Below, one piece after another: positions 20,211 to 29,516 of a stretch of 64,000 nt of DNA. The stretch spans positions 1 through 64,000 of the forward strand of contig CBDCCS010000011.1 of NCBI GenBank assembly GCA_965214935.1, given 5' to 3'. This DNA comes from Candidatus Velthaea sp. GTDB lineage: Bacteria > Vulcanimicrobiota > Vulcanimicrobiia > Vulcanimicrobiales > Vulcanimicrobiaceae. The translations under genes were made by a program, and so were the position numbers. Below the pieces are notes generated by a model. The model made no database searches and was not told the origin of the DNA. It worked only from the letters and a program-made list of their open reading frames with translations. The first letter of the stretch is position 1. Each line of letters begins with the position of its first letter.

Positions 20211-20797
20211 GTACGACCGCTGCTCCGGCCCGGAAAAAAGGCTTCCCCATCGTTCTCGTGCTGGTTCCGGTCGCCGTCGTCGCCGCGCTCGTCTTGGCGT
20301 TCAGCTTGCCGGCGACACATGCGCTCTTGCTCAAAAGTCCGCTCGCTCCGCTGCTGGCGAAGCTTGGACTTGCCGCGTCGGCTACACCCGGCGGCGCAAA
20401 AGCGGTCGCCGCTGACCCGAGCGTTCAAATCAAACGCTTGAACGACGAGCTCGAAAGCGACCGCAAAGCACAAGCGCAGAAAGATGCACGCATCAGCGCC
20501 TTACAAACGCAGGTTACGCAGCTGCAAGCCGTGCCCTCGCCGCCGGCTGTCGAACGTCCCGCAACGACGCCCAAACCGTCGCCGACAGCCGTTCCGGCAG
20601 CCGTGAAAAACACGGCCGCCTACTGGGCCGGCATGGATCCCGACAAAGCCGCCGAGATCGCCAAGCACCTCCCGGATTCGTACGTCAAAGCCGTCTTCAG
20701 TCAAATGCCGCCCGATGCCGTAGCGGAAATAATGAACGTCATGCCGCCGAAGGTTGCCGCTAAAATCACCGCCGACGGCGGTGCCGATCCGCCCTAA
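20207..20797 (+). CDS. YlxF/MotE-like flagellar protein (TM, coiled coil, MgtE-N-like helical repeats)
   Basis: YWAGMDPDKAAEI...QMPPDAVAEIMNVMPPKVAAKIT; position after fliJ as in the Bacillus fla/che operon. Confidence 0.8.
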   Translation: MSTTAAPARKKGFPIVLVLVPVAVVAALVLAFSLPATHALLLKSPLAPLLAKLGLAASATPGGAKAVAADPSVQIKRLNDELESDRKAQAQKDARISALQTQVTQLQAVPSPPAVERPATTPKPSPTAVPAAVKNTAAYWAGMDPDKAAEIAKHLPDSYVKAVFSQMPPDAVAEIMNVMPPKVAAKITADGGADPP

Positions 20798-23382
20798 GGC
20801 GCAGGCTCGATTTCCACGATGCTGCAGCCGTGTGCTGCGCCGCCGGCGATCGGTCGCACACGGCCGTCGTACACGCTGAGCGATTGATCGGCGGAGATCG
20901 CGCGGTATGTGAAGCGAAACGATTCGCCTTGGCCGGCCCGGCGCAACACGACCAGGAGTGAAAGCGTCGCGCCGGTGTCATCGGCGATCTGAACGGAGGT
21001 TTCCGTCGAACCGCTGTAGATCGCTCGAAAGCCGGCATTGGCCGCCACGACCGCGCCGTGCGCGTCGACCGCGGCAATGGCTTTAGGCAGCTCGTCGACG
21101 ATTGCCGCGAGCGCGGCGGCCGCGCTTTCCGCCGCCACCTTTGCGGTCTCGCCGATCGCTCGCTGCTCTTCGAGATCGGTGGTACGTGCCGCATGATCGG
21201 CGTTCGCGGTGTTCAGCTCTTCGATCGTTGCTTGAAGCTCTTCGTTGAGCGTTTCAAGCTCTTCGTTCGTTGCTTGCATCTCTTCGTTGAGCGTCTCGAC
21301 TTCTTCGGTGGCCGCCGCGGCTTCTTCGGTATTGATGACCAGCGCATCGTTTTGCGCGCGTAGTTCGGAATTCACGACGGCGAGTTGACGGTTCGCTTCG
21401 ACCAGGCTGCGTTGCCGATCGCGCGTCAACGCTTGCGCGCCGCGTAATTTCTGCAGTTCCGCCGATTGCGTGACGATCGTCTGCTCGGACGTCCGCCGCG
21501 CCGCTGAAAGTTCGGTGACGTCGACGGCAAGGATCACGGCACCCGACACGTCGCCTTTGCCTTCGGCGACTTCGGGATAGCATGAAACCGTCACGTACCG
21601 AACGGAGTCGCCGCCGGCGAGGGCGATTTCTTCGCCGCCGATCGCCGGCTCTTGATTGCGCAGCGCGGCGTCGAGTAACGTCCGAACGGCAAACGCCGAG
21701 TCCGGCGCGATCAGATGGACGAAATCGGCGCCGACCGCGACGCCGTGAATGGTGAACATCTCGCGAGCGCTGGCGTTGATGGCCAAAATATCGTAACGTC
21801 GATCGACGAGGACCACGCCGATCGACGAGTTAGTGAGGAATGCGCCGAGCTTTTCATTGATCGTGACGCGCGCGTCGCGCGCCGGTTCGAAGGCGGGAAA
21901 CGGCCGGCGCGGCCGTTCGAGCTCGCGCGTGGCGGTAAACGGCCGGTGAATTTGAGCGGGTGGAATCATAACGCGTTCACCATAGCGGCGGAAAATACGC
22001 AAAGCGGGATCGACGGCGCTAAAGAATTGTTCGAGCGGATTGCTGGTCTCGGCTTTACCGAGAATGAGATAACCGCCGTTGCGCAAGCTGAACGCCAGAA
22101 TTTGCAGCGTGCGCAGCTGCAAGTCTTTCGAGAAGTAGATGAGTACGTTCCGGCAAAGCGCCAGGTCCATCCGTGGGAACGGCGCGCGCTGGCCGAGGTC
22201 GTGCTGCCCGAATACCGTCATCAGACGAATGGTCTTGTTCACTTCCCAACCGTCGTCGACGGCGGTGAAGTACGTCTCGACCAAATGCGGTTCGAGGTGT
22301 GCGATGCTATCATGCGGATAGATGCCGCGGCGCGCAAACGAAATCGCGGTTTCATCGATGTCGGTCGCAAAAATCCGAACGTTGATCGGGTCGGCGATAT
22401 CGCGCAGCGTCTCGCGGACGACCATCGCCAGCGAATACGCTTCTTCGCCGGTGGCACAGCCCGCCGACCACAGCCGTAGCTCGCGTCCGCCGGTGCTTTG
22501 CACCTGAGCGATCAAATCCGGAACGATCGTCTTGCGCAATGCCTCGAACAGCTCGGCATCGCGAAAAAATTCGGTAACCTTGATCAAAAACGTGCGCACG
22601 AGCCGCTGCAGTTCGCCCGGTGTCGCGTCGAGGTAATCGAGATACGCCGGAATGGTTCGGCAGCCCACGGCGCCGATCTGTTGTGCCAGCCGGCGCCGGA
22701 TGGTGGCGGGCTTGTAATGCGAGAAATCGATGCCGCTGGCGGCTTTGACCCGGTCGAGCAGGTCGTGCAGCGCCGGGAGGTCGTCCGGGAGTTCGATCGC
22801 TTCATTGACGAGTCGCACGAGTTCGCTGCCGATCCGCTCGGCCGGGACGATCAAATCGACGGTGGTTGCGTCGAGCGACGCGGGCATCGACGGAAACGCG
22901 GCCGTCATCGGATCTTCGATGATGACCGTGCCGCCGTGCTCCTTTACCGAGCGCGCGCCGTCCGTGCCGTCCGAACCAAGACCGCTCAAGACCACCGCGA
23001 TCAGCCGGTCGCCGAAGATTTGCGCCGCGCTGAGGAACAGCAGGTCGACCGACGGCTTCGGACGGTCGTGCGTTTCGCCGACACTGATCGAGACCGAATG
23101 ATCGGTTATTTCAGCATGCCGGTCGGCCGGTATGACATAGACGCTTCCCGGTTCGAGCGACGTGCTGCGCGTCACGCCGACGACGTGCATCGCGGTCCGC
23201 CGGCTCAAAATCGAGGCGAGATTGCTCGGCACCCGCGGGTCGAGATGTTGCGCGACGACGACGGGCGCCGGAAAGTTGGCCGGCAAGGCGCCCAGTACCC
23301 GAGTCAACGCCTCGATTCCGCCGGCTGACGAGCCCGTTACGATCAATCTGCTGTGGTCAGCCGGCGCCGGCAAATCAGTCAC
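20794..23382 (-). CDS. CheB methylesterase-CheR methyltransferase-PAS-coiled-coil fusion with no kinase output
   Basis: CheB triad GSSAGG / AQHL / GSDG; CheR VTEFFRD, WSAGCATGEEAYS, ATDID, CRNVLIYF; heptads NEEMQATNEELETLNEEL. ORF is open to 23454; GTG 23382 is the likelier start. Confidence 0.92.
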   Translation of the reverse strand: MTDLPAPADHSRLIVTGSSAGGIEALTRVLGALPANFPAPVVVAQHLDPRVPSNLASILSRRTAMHVVGVTRSTSLEPGSVYVIPADRHAEITDHSVSISVGETHDRPKPSVDLLFLSAAQIFGDRLIAVVLSGLGSDGTDGARSVKEHGGTVIIEDPMTAAFPSMPASLDATTVDLIVPAERIGSELVRLVNEAIELPDDLPALHDLLDRVKAASGIDFSHYKPATIRRRLAQQIGAVGCRTIPAYLDYLDATPGELQRLVRTFLIKVTEFFRDAELFEALRKTIVPDLIAQVQSTGGRELRLWSAGCATGEEAYSLAMVVRETLRDIADPINVRIFATDIDETAISFARRGIYPHDSIAHLEPHLVETYFTAVDDGWEVNKTIRLMTVFGQHDLGQRAPFPRMDLALCRNVLIYFSKDLQLRTLQILAFSLRNGGYLILGKAETSNPLEQFFSAVDPALRIFRRYGERVMIPPAQIHRPFTATRELERPRRPFPAFEPARDARVTINEKLGAFLTNSSIGVVLVDRRYDILAINASAREMFTIHGVAVGADFVHLIAPDSAFAVRTLLDAALRNQEPAIGGEEIALAGGDSVRYVTVSCYPEVAEGKGDVSGAVILAVDVTELSAARRTSEQTIVTQSAELQKLRGAQALTRDRQRSLVEANRQLAVVNSELRAQNDALVINTEEAAAATEEVETLNEEMQATNEELETLNEELQATIEELNTANADHAARTTDLEEQRAIGETAKVAAESAAAALAAIVDELPKAIAAVDAHGAVVAANAGFRAIYSGSTETSVQIADDTGATLSLLVVLRRAGQGESFRFTYRAISADQSLSVYDGRVRPIAGGAAHGCSIVEIEPAP

Positions 23383-23410
23383 GCCGGTATGTTCGCTTTT
23401 TACCTTGCGC

Positions 23411-23437
23411 TCAACTTCGTGCCGGAATTGCCGACAA
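23411..23437 (+). promoter_or_regulatory. Sigma-28-type promoter upstream of fliK
   Basis: TCAA(CTT)-N15-GCCGACAA, about 40 bp before the fliK start. Confidence 0.6.
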
Positions 23438-23478
23438 CTCGGTACATGCCGCACTTCGGCATTCGAAACGAGGTGAGA

Positions 23479-25110
23479 GTGAGTCCCGTCATCCTCAATC
23501 TAGATGCCGCGCTCGTCAAGGGTACGGCCAACAAAGCGCCCGATGGGCTGCCGGATCCGGCCGCGACGGCGGACGCCTTCGGTACCCTGCTCGCCGCGAA
23601 GCTTCAGACGGCTCCGGCCAAAGCGGTGCAACCGTCGCTGCCGGCCGTCGCGCTGAGTGCAACCAAGCTCGAAGCAAAGATCGAGAAACTGCTCGTAAGC
23701 GGTGCCTCGCAAACCGAGATCGTTGCCAAACTGGCCGCCGGCCTGGCCGCGACGGTCGCCGCAAAACTCGGTGATAGCAGCGCACATGCGCGCCAGCAAC
23801 TGCAAGCGGTCTTCGCTCGAGCGCTTGCGCCACCCGCCGACGGCGGCGGTGCGCAATCGATCGCCGAAAGCGCGCGCGCACTCGCGCAACGTTTTCGGAA
23901 GATCGAAAAGCTTGCAGACGCGGTCGCTGCAGCCGACCCGGGACAGCTGAATCAACTCGCGGGGACTTTCTTGGACGCCGGCTCGGCGAAAGAAACCCCG
24001 GTCCCGGCTCAAGTTCCGAACGCGACGGGAACCGATCGCTCATCGGCTGCCCACCGTCGAGAATCCGGCGCGCAAGCCGCCGCAGCACCGGCCGCCGATG
24101 CCGCAGCGTCGGCCGAAATCCCGGCAGTGCACGCCTTTGCGCCGGCGGTTGAAACGGCATCCACGGCGATACCGGTACCGGCCATCGCGGCGCCCGCGCC
24201 GGTTGCTGCGAGCGCCGCACTCACCGGCTTGCCGGCGGAAGCACCGGCAAGCAAACCGGGAGCGGTCGCAAACGTTCCGACGCAAATTACGGCGGGCGAC
24301 GGACGCCGCGTGACGATCGATCCGGCTTCGGCCGTCGCCGGTAACGGCGACACGGTCTTGGGGCGCGTCTTGACGCGAGCGGCACTCGCTGCCGACGCTC
24401 GTCAAGCCGTCAGCTTCGCCGTCGCAACGGCGGCGCGTTCGTCCGCGAATTCAACCGGCTCGGCGAAACCGCAGCTGGGCGATGCGGCCGTCGCGGCGTT
24501 CGTCAAGGCATTCGAGGCGGCGGTTACGCCGGTAGGCGATGGCGCCCCGGCGGCCGCCGCGGCCGTCCCGCCGGCGCCGGCATTTGCACCCGCGGTAGCA
24601 CCGTTCCGCATCGAGCCGGTCATGCCGGCTGCGGCCGGCGCCGGTGCCGCGCATACGCCGGCCGCCGATTCAACGGCGATTGCCGATCAAGTTCTGCGCG
24701 GCATCGCGATGCGCTCGACGGGTGCATCGTCGGAAATGCGGCTGTCACTCAAACCCGAGTCGCTCGGGGATGTCAACGTGAAACTTACCGTCACGGCCGG
24801 CAATGTCACAGCGCATGTCATCGCCGATACGCCCGAAGTGCGGGATGCGCTCGTTGCCGCACAACCGCAGCTCACCAAGTCGCTGGCCGACGCGGGTCTC
24901 AAGCTCGACGCTCTGACCGTCGACTTGTCCGGCAACGGCTTTGCCGGCTTCTCGCAACATGACAACGATCGGGCGCACCGTGACGGCGAGCAAGCCGCAG
25001 CGGTCGCCCGCGCCGCTCACGATAACGACAGCGACGATGCGACGCTCGACGCGATTCCGTCATTCGCCCCTTCGACGTCGGGCGCCGGCGATTATAATTA
25101 CTTAGCTTAA
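23479..25110 (+). CDS. fliK: Flagellar hook-length control protein
   Basis: Ala/Pro-rich body; C-terminal domain LKPESLGDVNV...VRDALVAAQPQLTKSL; terminal YNYLA; GAGG RBS before GTG 23479; precedes flgD. Confidence 0.88.
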   Translation: MSPVILNLDAALVKGTANKAPDGLPDPAATADAFGTLLAAKLQTAPAKAVQPSLPAVALSATKLEAKIEKLLVSGASQTEIVAKLAAGLAATVAAKLGDSSAHARQQLQAVFARALAPPADGGGAQSIAESARALAQRFRKIEKLADAVAAADPGQLNQLAGTFLDAGSAKETPVPAQVPNATGTDRSSAAHRRESGAQAAAAPAADAAASAEIPAVHAFAPAVETASTAIPVPAIAAPAPVAASAALTGLPAEAPASKPGAVANVPTQITAGDGRRVTIDPASAVAGNGDTVLGRVLTRAALAADARQAVSFAVATAARSSANSTGSAKPQLGDAAVAAFVKAFEAAVTPVGDGAPAAAAAVPPAPAFAPAVAPFRIEPVMPAAAGAGAAHTPAADSTAIADQVLRGIAMRSTGASSEMRLSLKPESLGDVNVKLTVTAGNVTAHVIADTPEVRDALVAAQPQLTKSLADAGLKLDALTVDLSGNGFAGFSQHDNDRAHRDGEQAAAVARAAHDNDSDDATLDAIPSFAPSTSGAGDYNYLA

Positions 25111-25125
25111 AGCGGGAGCATCATC

Positions 25126-25608
25126 ATGGCCCTTACGTCTATTGCCGTTCCGAGCAACAATTTGCTCGACGGCGTCACTGCAGTGCCGGCGCAAACGACC
25201 GCCGCAACGAACGGCTCGGCGCCGACTGCAACGGACTTTCTCGCGCTGCTCACGACGGAACTCAAGAATCAAGATCCGCTCAACCCGGTCGACAGCACGC
25301 AGTCGGTCGCCCAACTCGCGCAATTTTCAGCGCTGCAAGCAACGACGAGTCTGTCGAATAATTTCGCTGCGTTCGAATCGAACTTCTCGGTCGAGCAGGC
25401 CAGCGGTTTGCTCGGTGACAGCGTGACCGTCTCGACCGCTGATGCAAGCGGCAACGCTTCGACAATCTCGGGTACGGTGAAGTCGATCCAAGTCATCAAT
25501 GGTGCACCGCAGTTTACGATGGTCGATGCGAGCGGTAAATCGATCGTCGATGCAAATGGAACTGCGCTGCAGTTCGGGACCTCGCAAATCGTTGCAATCG
25601 GGAAATAG
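25126..25608 (+). CDS. flgD: Flagellar hook capping protein
   Basis: FLALLTTELKNQDPLNPVD...AQLAQFSAL. Confidence 0.95.
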   Translation: MALTSIAVPSNNLLDGVTAVPAQTTAATNGSAPTATDFLALLTTELKNQDPLNPVDSTQSVAQLAQFSALQATTSLSNNFAAFESNFSVEQASGLLGDSVTVSTADASGNASTISGTVKSIQVINGAPQFTMVDASGKSIVDANGTALQFGTSQIVAIGK

Positions 25609-25611
25609 CCG

Positions 25612-26016
25612 GTGGCTGAACCGATCGATCTCAATCGTATTGCGCCGCCGCCGATCGGCGCTGCGCGTCCCGCCGGTATTCCGGTTACGCTACCGCCGCC
25701 GGGCGCCGCACCGTTTCGCGATGTCCTGCGCGATTCGGTCAGCGCTCCGGCCGCCGGAGCGCCGCTCAAGTTCAGCGCGCATGCCCTGGCGCGGCTTGAA
25801 TCACGGAATATCAAATTAACGACCGACGACGTTGCGCGGATGAACTCCATGGCCGATCGCGCGGCGGCGAAGGGCTCGAAACAGTCGCTGTTTCTAATGA
25901 ACGACGTTGCGATGGTGGTGTCGATCAAGAACCGGACGGTCATCACGGCAGTCGATCACGATTCGATGAAAGAGAACGTCTTCACCAATATCGATTCAGC
26001 TGCAATTATTAAGTAA
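25612..26016 (+). CDS. Flagellar operon protein of unknown function (TIGR02530-like)
   Basis: LKFSAHALARLESRNI...AKGSKQSL...VSIKNRTVITA...NVFTNIDSAAI; located between flgD and flgE. Confidence 0.9.
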   Translation: MAEPIDLNRIAPPPIGAARPAGIPVTLPPPGAAPFRDVLRDSVSAPAAGAPLKFSAHALARLESRNIKLTTDDVARMNSMADRAAAKGSKQSLFLMNDVAMVVSIKNRTVITAVDHDSMKENVFTNIDSAAIIK

Positions 26017-26049
26017 TTCGCACTGCCACTGAAGTACACACAACACTCG

Positions 26050-26109
26050 CGAAGCGGACCTCACATCGAGGGGCTTCGACCGTGCCGCCGATAGAACGAC
26101 GCGGCGCGG
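26050..26109 (+). ncRNA. Candidate cis-regulatory two-hairpin RNA in the flgE leader
   Basis: Hairpin 1: CGAAGC-GGA-CCTC-(ACATC)-GAGG-G-GCTTCG. Hairpin 2: CCGTGCCGC-(CGATAGAACGAC)-GCGGCGCGG. No U-tract; ends 23 nt before the flgE ATG. Confidence 0.6.
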
Positions 26110-26132
26110 ACTACCTATGAAAGGTCGATAAC

Positions 26133-27647
26133 ATGCCCTCCGATTCAATGAACATCGGCGTTAGCGGAATGGACGCCTATCAAGCTCAGATCGACGTTAT
26201 CTCGAATAACATTGCGAACGTCGGCACCGTCGCGTATAAAGGCCAGAATTTAACGTTTCAGGATTTGCTGTATCAAACCCAGCAACCGGCTTCGGCGCCG
26301 ACGAAAACAAACGGCGGCGTCGACAACCAGCAAGTCGGCATCGGCGTCAAAGTCGGTGCCACCGACACCGACACGAGTCAGGGCGGCGTTCAAACGACCG
26401 GCGTCAACACGAACATGATGATTAACGGCGACGGCTACTTCATACTCAATAACTCCGATGGTACCGGCGCAGCGAAATACACGCGCAACGGAGATTTCTC
26501 GCTCAATCAGGATGGTTTGCTGTACGATCCCACGAGCGGCTTGGGCGTCATGGGCTTCACCGCAGACTCGACCGGCAACGTTACGTCGTCCGGCGCACCC
26601 GGCCCGATCCAAATACCGATCGGCTTGAAAACGCAAGCCACCGGAACCGGCTATGGAACGAAGCTCGGACCGACCGGCGATACCGTCTACGACGTGCAGT
26701 ACGGTGGAAGTCTGGACTCACGGCAGTATGCCGCGGCCGTCTCGAACGGCGGCGTCACGCCCGCCATGCAGGCACCGGTCGGTATCACCATTTACGATTC
26801 GCTGGGAGCGCCGCATCTCGTCACCGCAACGTTCTCGCCGCAGCTTTCGAACGGCGGCGTGGCCTTACCGTTCGCAGTGACCAATGCATCGGGTGCCGCC
26901 GTGACGGCGGCCACCGAGTGGTCGTATACGCTCTCGTCGAGCGATCCGGGCATGAACTTCCAAAACGGCGCAACGACGAATTCGCCGACGTCGGCCACGC
27001 AATACGCGTTCTTCGACCAAGCGGGTCAATTCATCAACACCTCTTCGGTCGCTGCTCCGGCCGCCGCCGGTTCGGTGCTGGGCGGTGCGAACGTCCATCA
27101 AGCCGGCGCTCTGCCGTCCGCAGCGGCCGGTGACCAGGTTACCATTACGAAGTGGGCCTCACCCGGCGGTGCGAACAACGGTACGACGCAAACGCCGACG
27201 CCCGGGCCGATCGGCCTCGATCTGTCCGGGATATCGAGCACCGCGCTTGACAGTCAAGTCAATCCGCTGCACCAAAACGGATTCGCACCCGGGACGCTGT
27301 CCAACATTTCGGTCGGCCAAGACGGTACGATCACCGGTGCGTTTACCAACGGTCAATCACAAACGCTGGCGCGTGTCGCGTTGGCGACGTTTCAGAACGA
27401 ACAAGGACTGACCCGCATCGGTAGCAGCCAATACACGGCATCGGCGAATTCGGGCGCGCCGCAAATCGGAACGGGCAACAGCGGACGCTTCGGTGCCGTC
27501 GTCGGTGATTCGCTCGAATTGTCCAACGTGTCGATCGCCGATCAATTCACCAAGTTGATTACGGCGCAAAATGCGTTTACGGCGAATAGTAAGAGCATCA
27601 CGACCGCCAATCAAGACGATCAAACCGTCATCGGACTCATTCGCTGA
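26133..27647 (+). CDS. flgE: Flagellar hook protein
   Basis: ISNNIANVGTVAYK, INGDGYF, YTRNGDF, LELSNVSIADQF...AQNAFTANSKSI. Confidence 0.95.
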   Translation: MPSDSMNIGVSGMDAYQAQIDVISNNIANVGTVAYKGQNLTFQDLLYQTQQPASAPTKTNGGVDNQQVGIGVKVGATDTDTSQGGVQTTGVNTNMMINGDGYFILNNSDGTGAAKYTRNGDFSLNQDGLLYDPTSGLGVMGFTADSTGNVTSSGAPGPIQIPIGLKTQATGTGYGTKLGPTGDTVYDVQYGGSLDSRQYAAAVSNGGVTPAMQAPVGITIYDSLGAPHLVTATFSPQLSNGGVALPFAVTNASGAAVTAATEWSYTLSSSDPGMNFQNGATTNSPTSATQYAFFDQAGQFINTSSVAAPAAAGSVLGGANVHQAGALPSAAAGDQVTITKWASPGGANNGTTQTPTPGPIGLDLSGISSTALDSQVNPLHQNGFAPGTLSNISVGQDGTITGAFTNGQSQTLARVALATFQNEQGLTRIGSSQYTASANSGAPQIGTGNSGRFGAVVGDSLELSNVSIADQFTKLITAQNAFTANSKSITTANQDDQTVIGLIR

Positions 27648-27681
27648 CAACTCCGCCGAACGCCGATCGCCGGGTGGATGA

Positions 27682-29181
27682 ATGATGCGCGCCGGCGTCT
27701 CGCTGTGTATGATCGTGAGGGACGAAGAACGGTTCCTCGACGAGGCTTTGCACAGCGTCGCCGGAGTCGTCGACGAGATTTGTATCGTCGATACCGGTTC
27801 GACCGATCGTACGATCGAGATCGCGCACGCGCACCGCGCGCACGTCGTACGATCGGAATGGCACGACGATTTCGCCCGTGCGCGCAATGCAGCGCTGGCG
27901 CTGGCCACCCGGCGCTGGATCTTCGTGCTTGACGCCGACGAGCGTCTGGCGAGCGGTTCACGGGCGGCGCTTGCGGCGATCGGAGCAACGCGTCCGGCCG
28001 GACGCGGCAAGTGGATCGCTTGCCGCAATCTTACCGACACGCACCCCGGTTCGGGGGCGATGACGAATGCGCTCGTGCGCATCTTTCCGAACGATCCACA
28101 TCTGCGGTACCGCAACGCGATCCACGAGTTCGTCAGTCGGGACGGCAGCGATCGCGGGTTAGCCGCCGATCCGACCTCCATCGAGATCGTTCACCACGGT
28201 TATCTAAGCGACGTTAGCGCCGAGCGCAACAAAGCCGAACGCAACCTGCGTATGTCGCGCACGGCAGCGGCGCACGCACCGCACGATCCATTCGCACACT
28301 ACAATTACGGCATGGCGCTGTTGCTCGGCGACGATCGTAGCGGAGCGATTGCGGCCTTGCGTACGGTGCGGTCGCTGACGCGCCAGACGCCGCGCGGTTA
28401 CTGCCTGCATGCACTCGTCGTGCTGGCGGAACTTACGGCCGACGATGATGATATTGCAGCGGCGCTCGCATTCGTTCACGAAGCATTGCAGCTGGTACCG
28501 AACTACTCGAACGCTCACTTCGTGCTGGGCAAACTGCTCGTACGCACGAACGATCTCTTCGCCGCCCGCGACGCGTTCGGCCGCGCGATTGCAGCCGGCG
28601 CGCATGACGGCGAGCAATTCGTGGTCGATAATGAAATAGCGATTTGGAAAGCGCACAGCGAGATCGGCGCGACGCTAATGCTCGAGGAGCGGTATCGTGA
28701 AGCGTTGGCATGGTTCGAGTTGGCGGCGAGCGCCCGGCCTGCAGCGCAGCCGCTGCTGCTCAATCGTGCCAAGTGTCATGAAGCGCTCGGCGATAACGTT
28801 GCGGCCGAGGCGCTGTTCGGCGCCGCGTTCAGGGCGGACTGTAACGAAACCTCAGCGATCGCCTGGATCAATTTCTTGCTGCGCCGAGATCGTTTGCTGC
28901 CGGCAATCGATGCAATTGAATCGGCGTTGCCGCATGTCTCGTCGAGCTGCCGGCCGGTTCTGTTGGCTGCAGCTGCAGCCGCCCACTCACGCGCCGGTGC
29001 TACCGAGCGTGCGCAGCTTACCATCGAGCGGGCGGTCAGCTGCGGCGATGCCGCCGCATCGCGCGCGCTCGTGCATGCCGCGGCAAGCATTCCGGCGATG
29101 TCTGACGTTGCCCGGCTCCTAATACAACGTTCGAGCCTGCGGGCAAACGGGTTGAGCATCACGTATTTTAACGAACGATGA
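27682..29181 (+). CDS. GT2-family glycosyltransferase with TPR repeats (probable flagellar protein glycosylation)
   Basis: SLCMIVRDEE, VDTGSTDRT, DFARARN, LDADE, IHE, HHGY, followed by TPR-like helices. Confidence 0.9.
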   Translation: MMRAGVSLCMIVRDEERFLDEALHSVAGVVDEICIVDTGSTDRTIEIAHAHRAHVVRSEWHDDFARARNAALALATRRWIFVLDADERLASGSRAALAAIGATRPAGRGKWIACRNLTDTHPGSGAMTNALVRIFPNDPHLRYRNAIHEFVSRDGSDRGLAADPTSIEIVHHGYLSDVSAERNKAERNLRMSRTAAAHAPHDPFAHYNYGMALLLGDDRSGAIAALRTVRSLTRQTPRGYCLHALVVLAELTADDDDIAAALAFVHEALQLVPNYSNAHFVLGKLLVRTNDLFAARDAFGRAIAAGAHDGEQFVVDNEIAIWKAHSEIGATLMLEERYREALAWFELAASARPAAQPLLLNRAKCHEALGDNVAAEALFGAAFRADCNETSAIAWINFLLRRDRLLPAIDAIESALPHVSSSCRPVLLAAAAAAHSRAGATERAQLTIERAVSCGDAAASRALVHAAASIPAMSDVARLLIQRSSLRANGLSITYFNER

Positions 29182-29369
29182 TAGCCCTCAATCGTTTGAA
29201 CAATCAGCCGATCATGGTCAATGCCGATCTTATCGAAACCTTGGAGTCGACGCCCGATACCGTCGTCACCTTAACGTCGGGCAATAAGCTCATTGTGCGC
29301 GACAGTCCGGCCGAGATTCAAACCAAAATCATCGCGTACAAGCGGCGCATTCACGTCACGGCTGAGTGA
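29178..29369 (+). CDS. flbD: FlbD/SwrD-family flagellar protein
   Basis: MIALNRLN...VNADLIETLESTPDTVVTLTSGNKLIV; sits upstream of motAB. Confidence 0.92.
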   Translation: MIALNRLNNQPIMVNADLIETLESTPDTVVTLTSGNKLIVRDSPAEIQTKIIAYKRRIHVTAE

Positions 29370-29436
29370 TTGCCGGCGACGCAGTGCGCGCACAACTTTT
29401 TATTACATTCGAAGGTCGACGCCGCGTTCCGTCGCG

Positions 29437-29463
29437 TAACATCGACAACGGCAACGCCGATAC
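29437..29463 (+). promoter_or_regulatory. Sigma-28-type promoter upstream of motA
   Basis: TAAC-N15-GCCGATAC in the flbD-motA gap. Confidence 0.7.
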
Positions 29464-29516
29464 TATACAAGACGGCGCCTACGAGTGCGGCAACCGTCTT
29501 CTGAAAGGTTTGTTGC

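Noticed and set aside
26068..26094. GCCGATAG as a sigma-28 -10 box before flgE
   Set aside because: The -35 position reads GAGG, and the sequence is better explained as the stem-loop boundary of leader hairpin 2. Dual use is not excluded.
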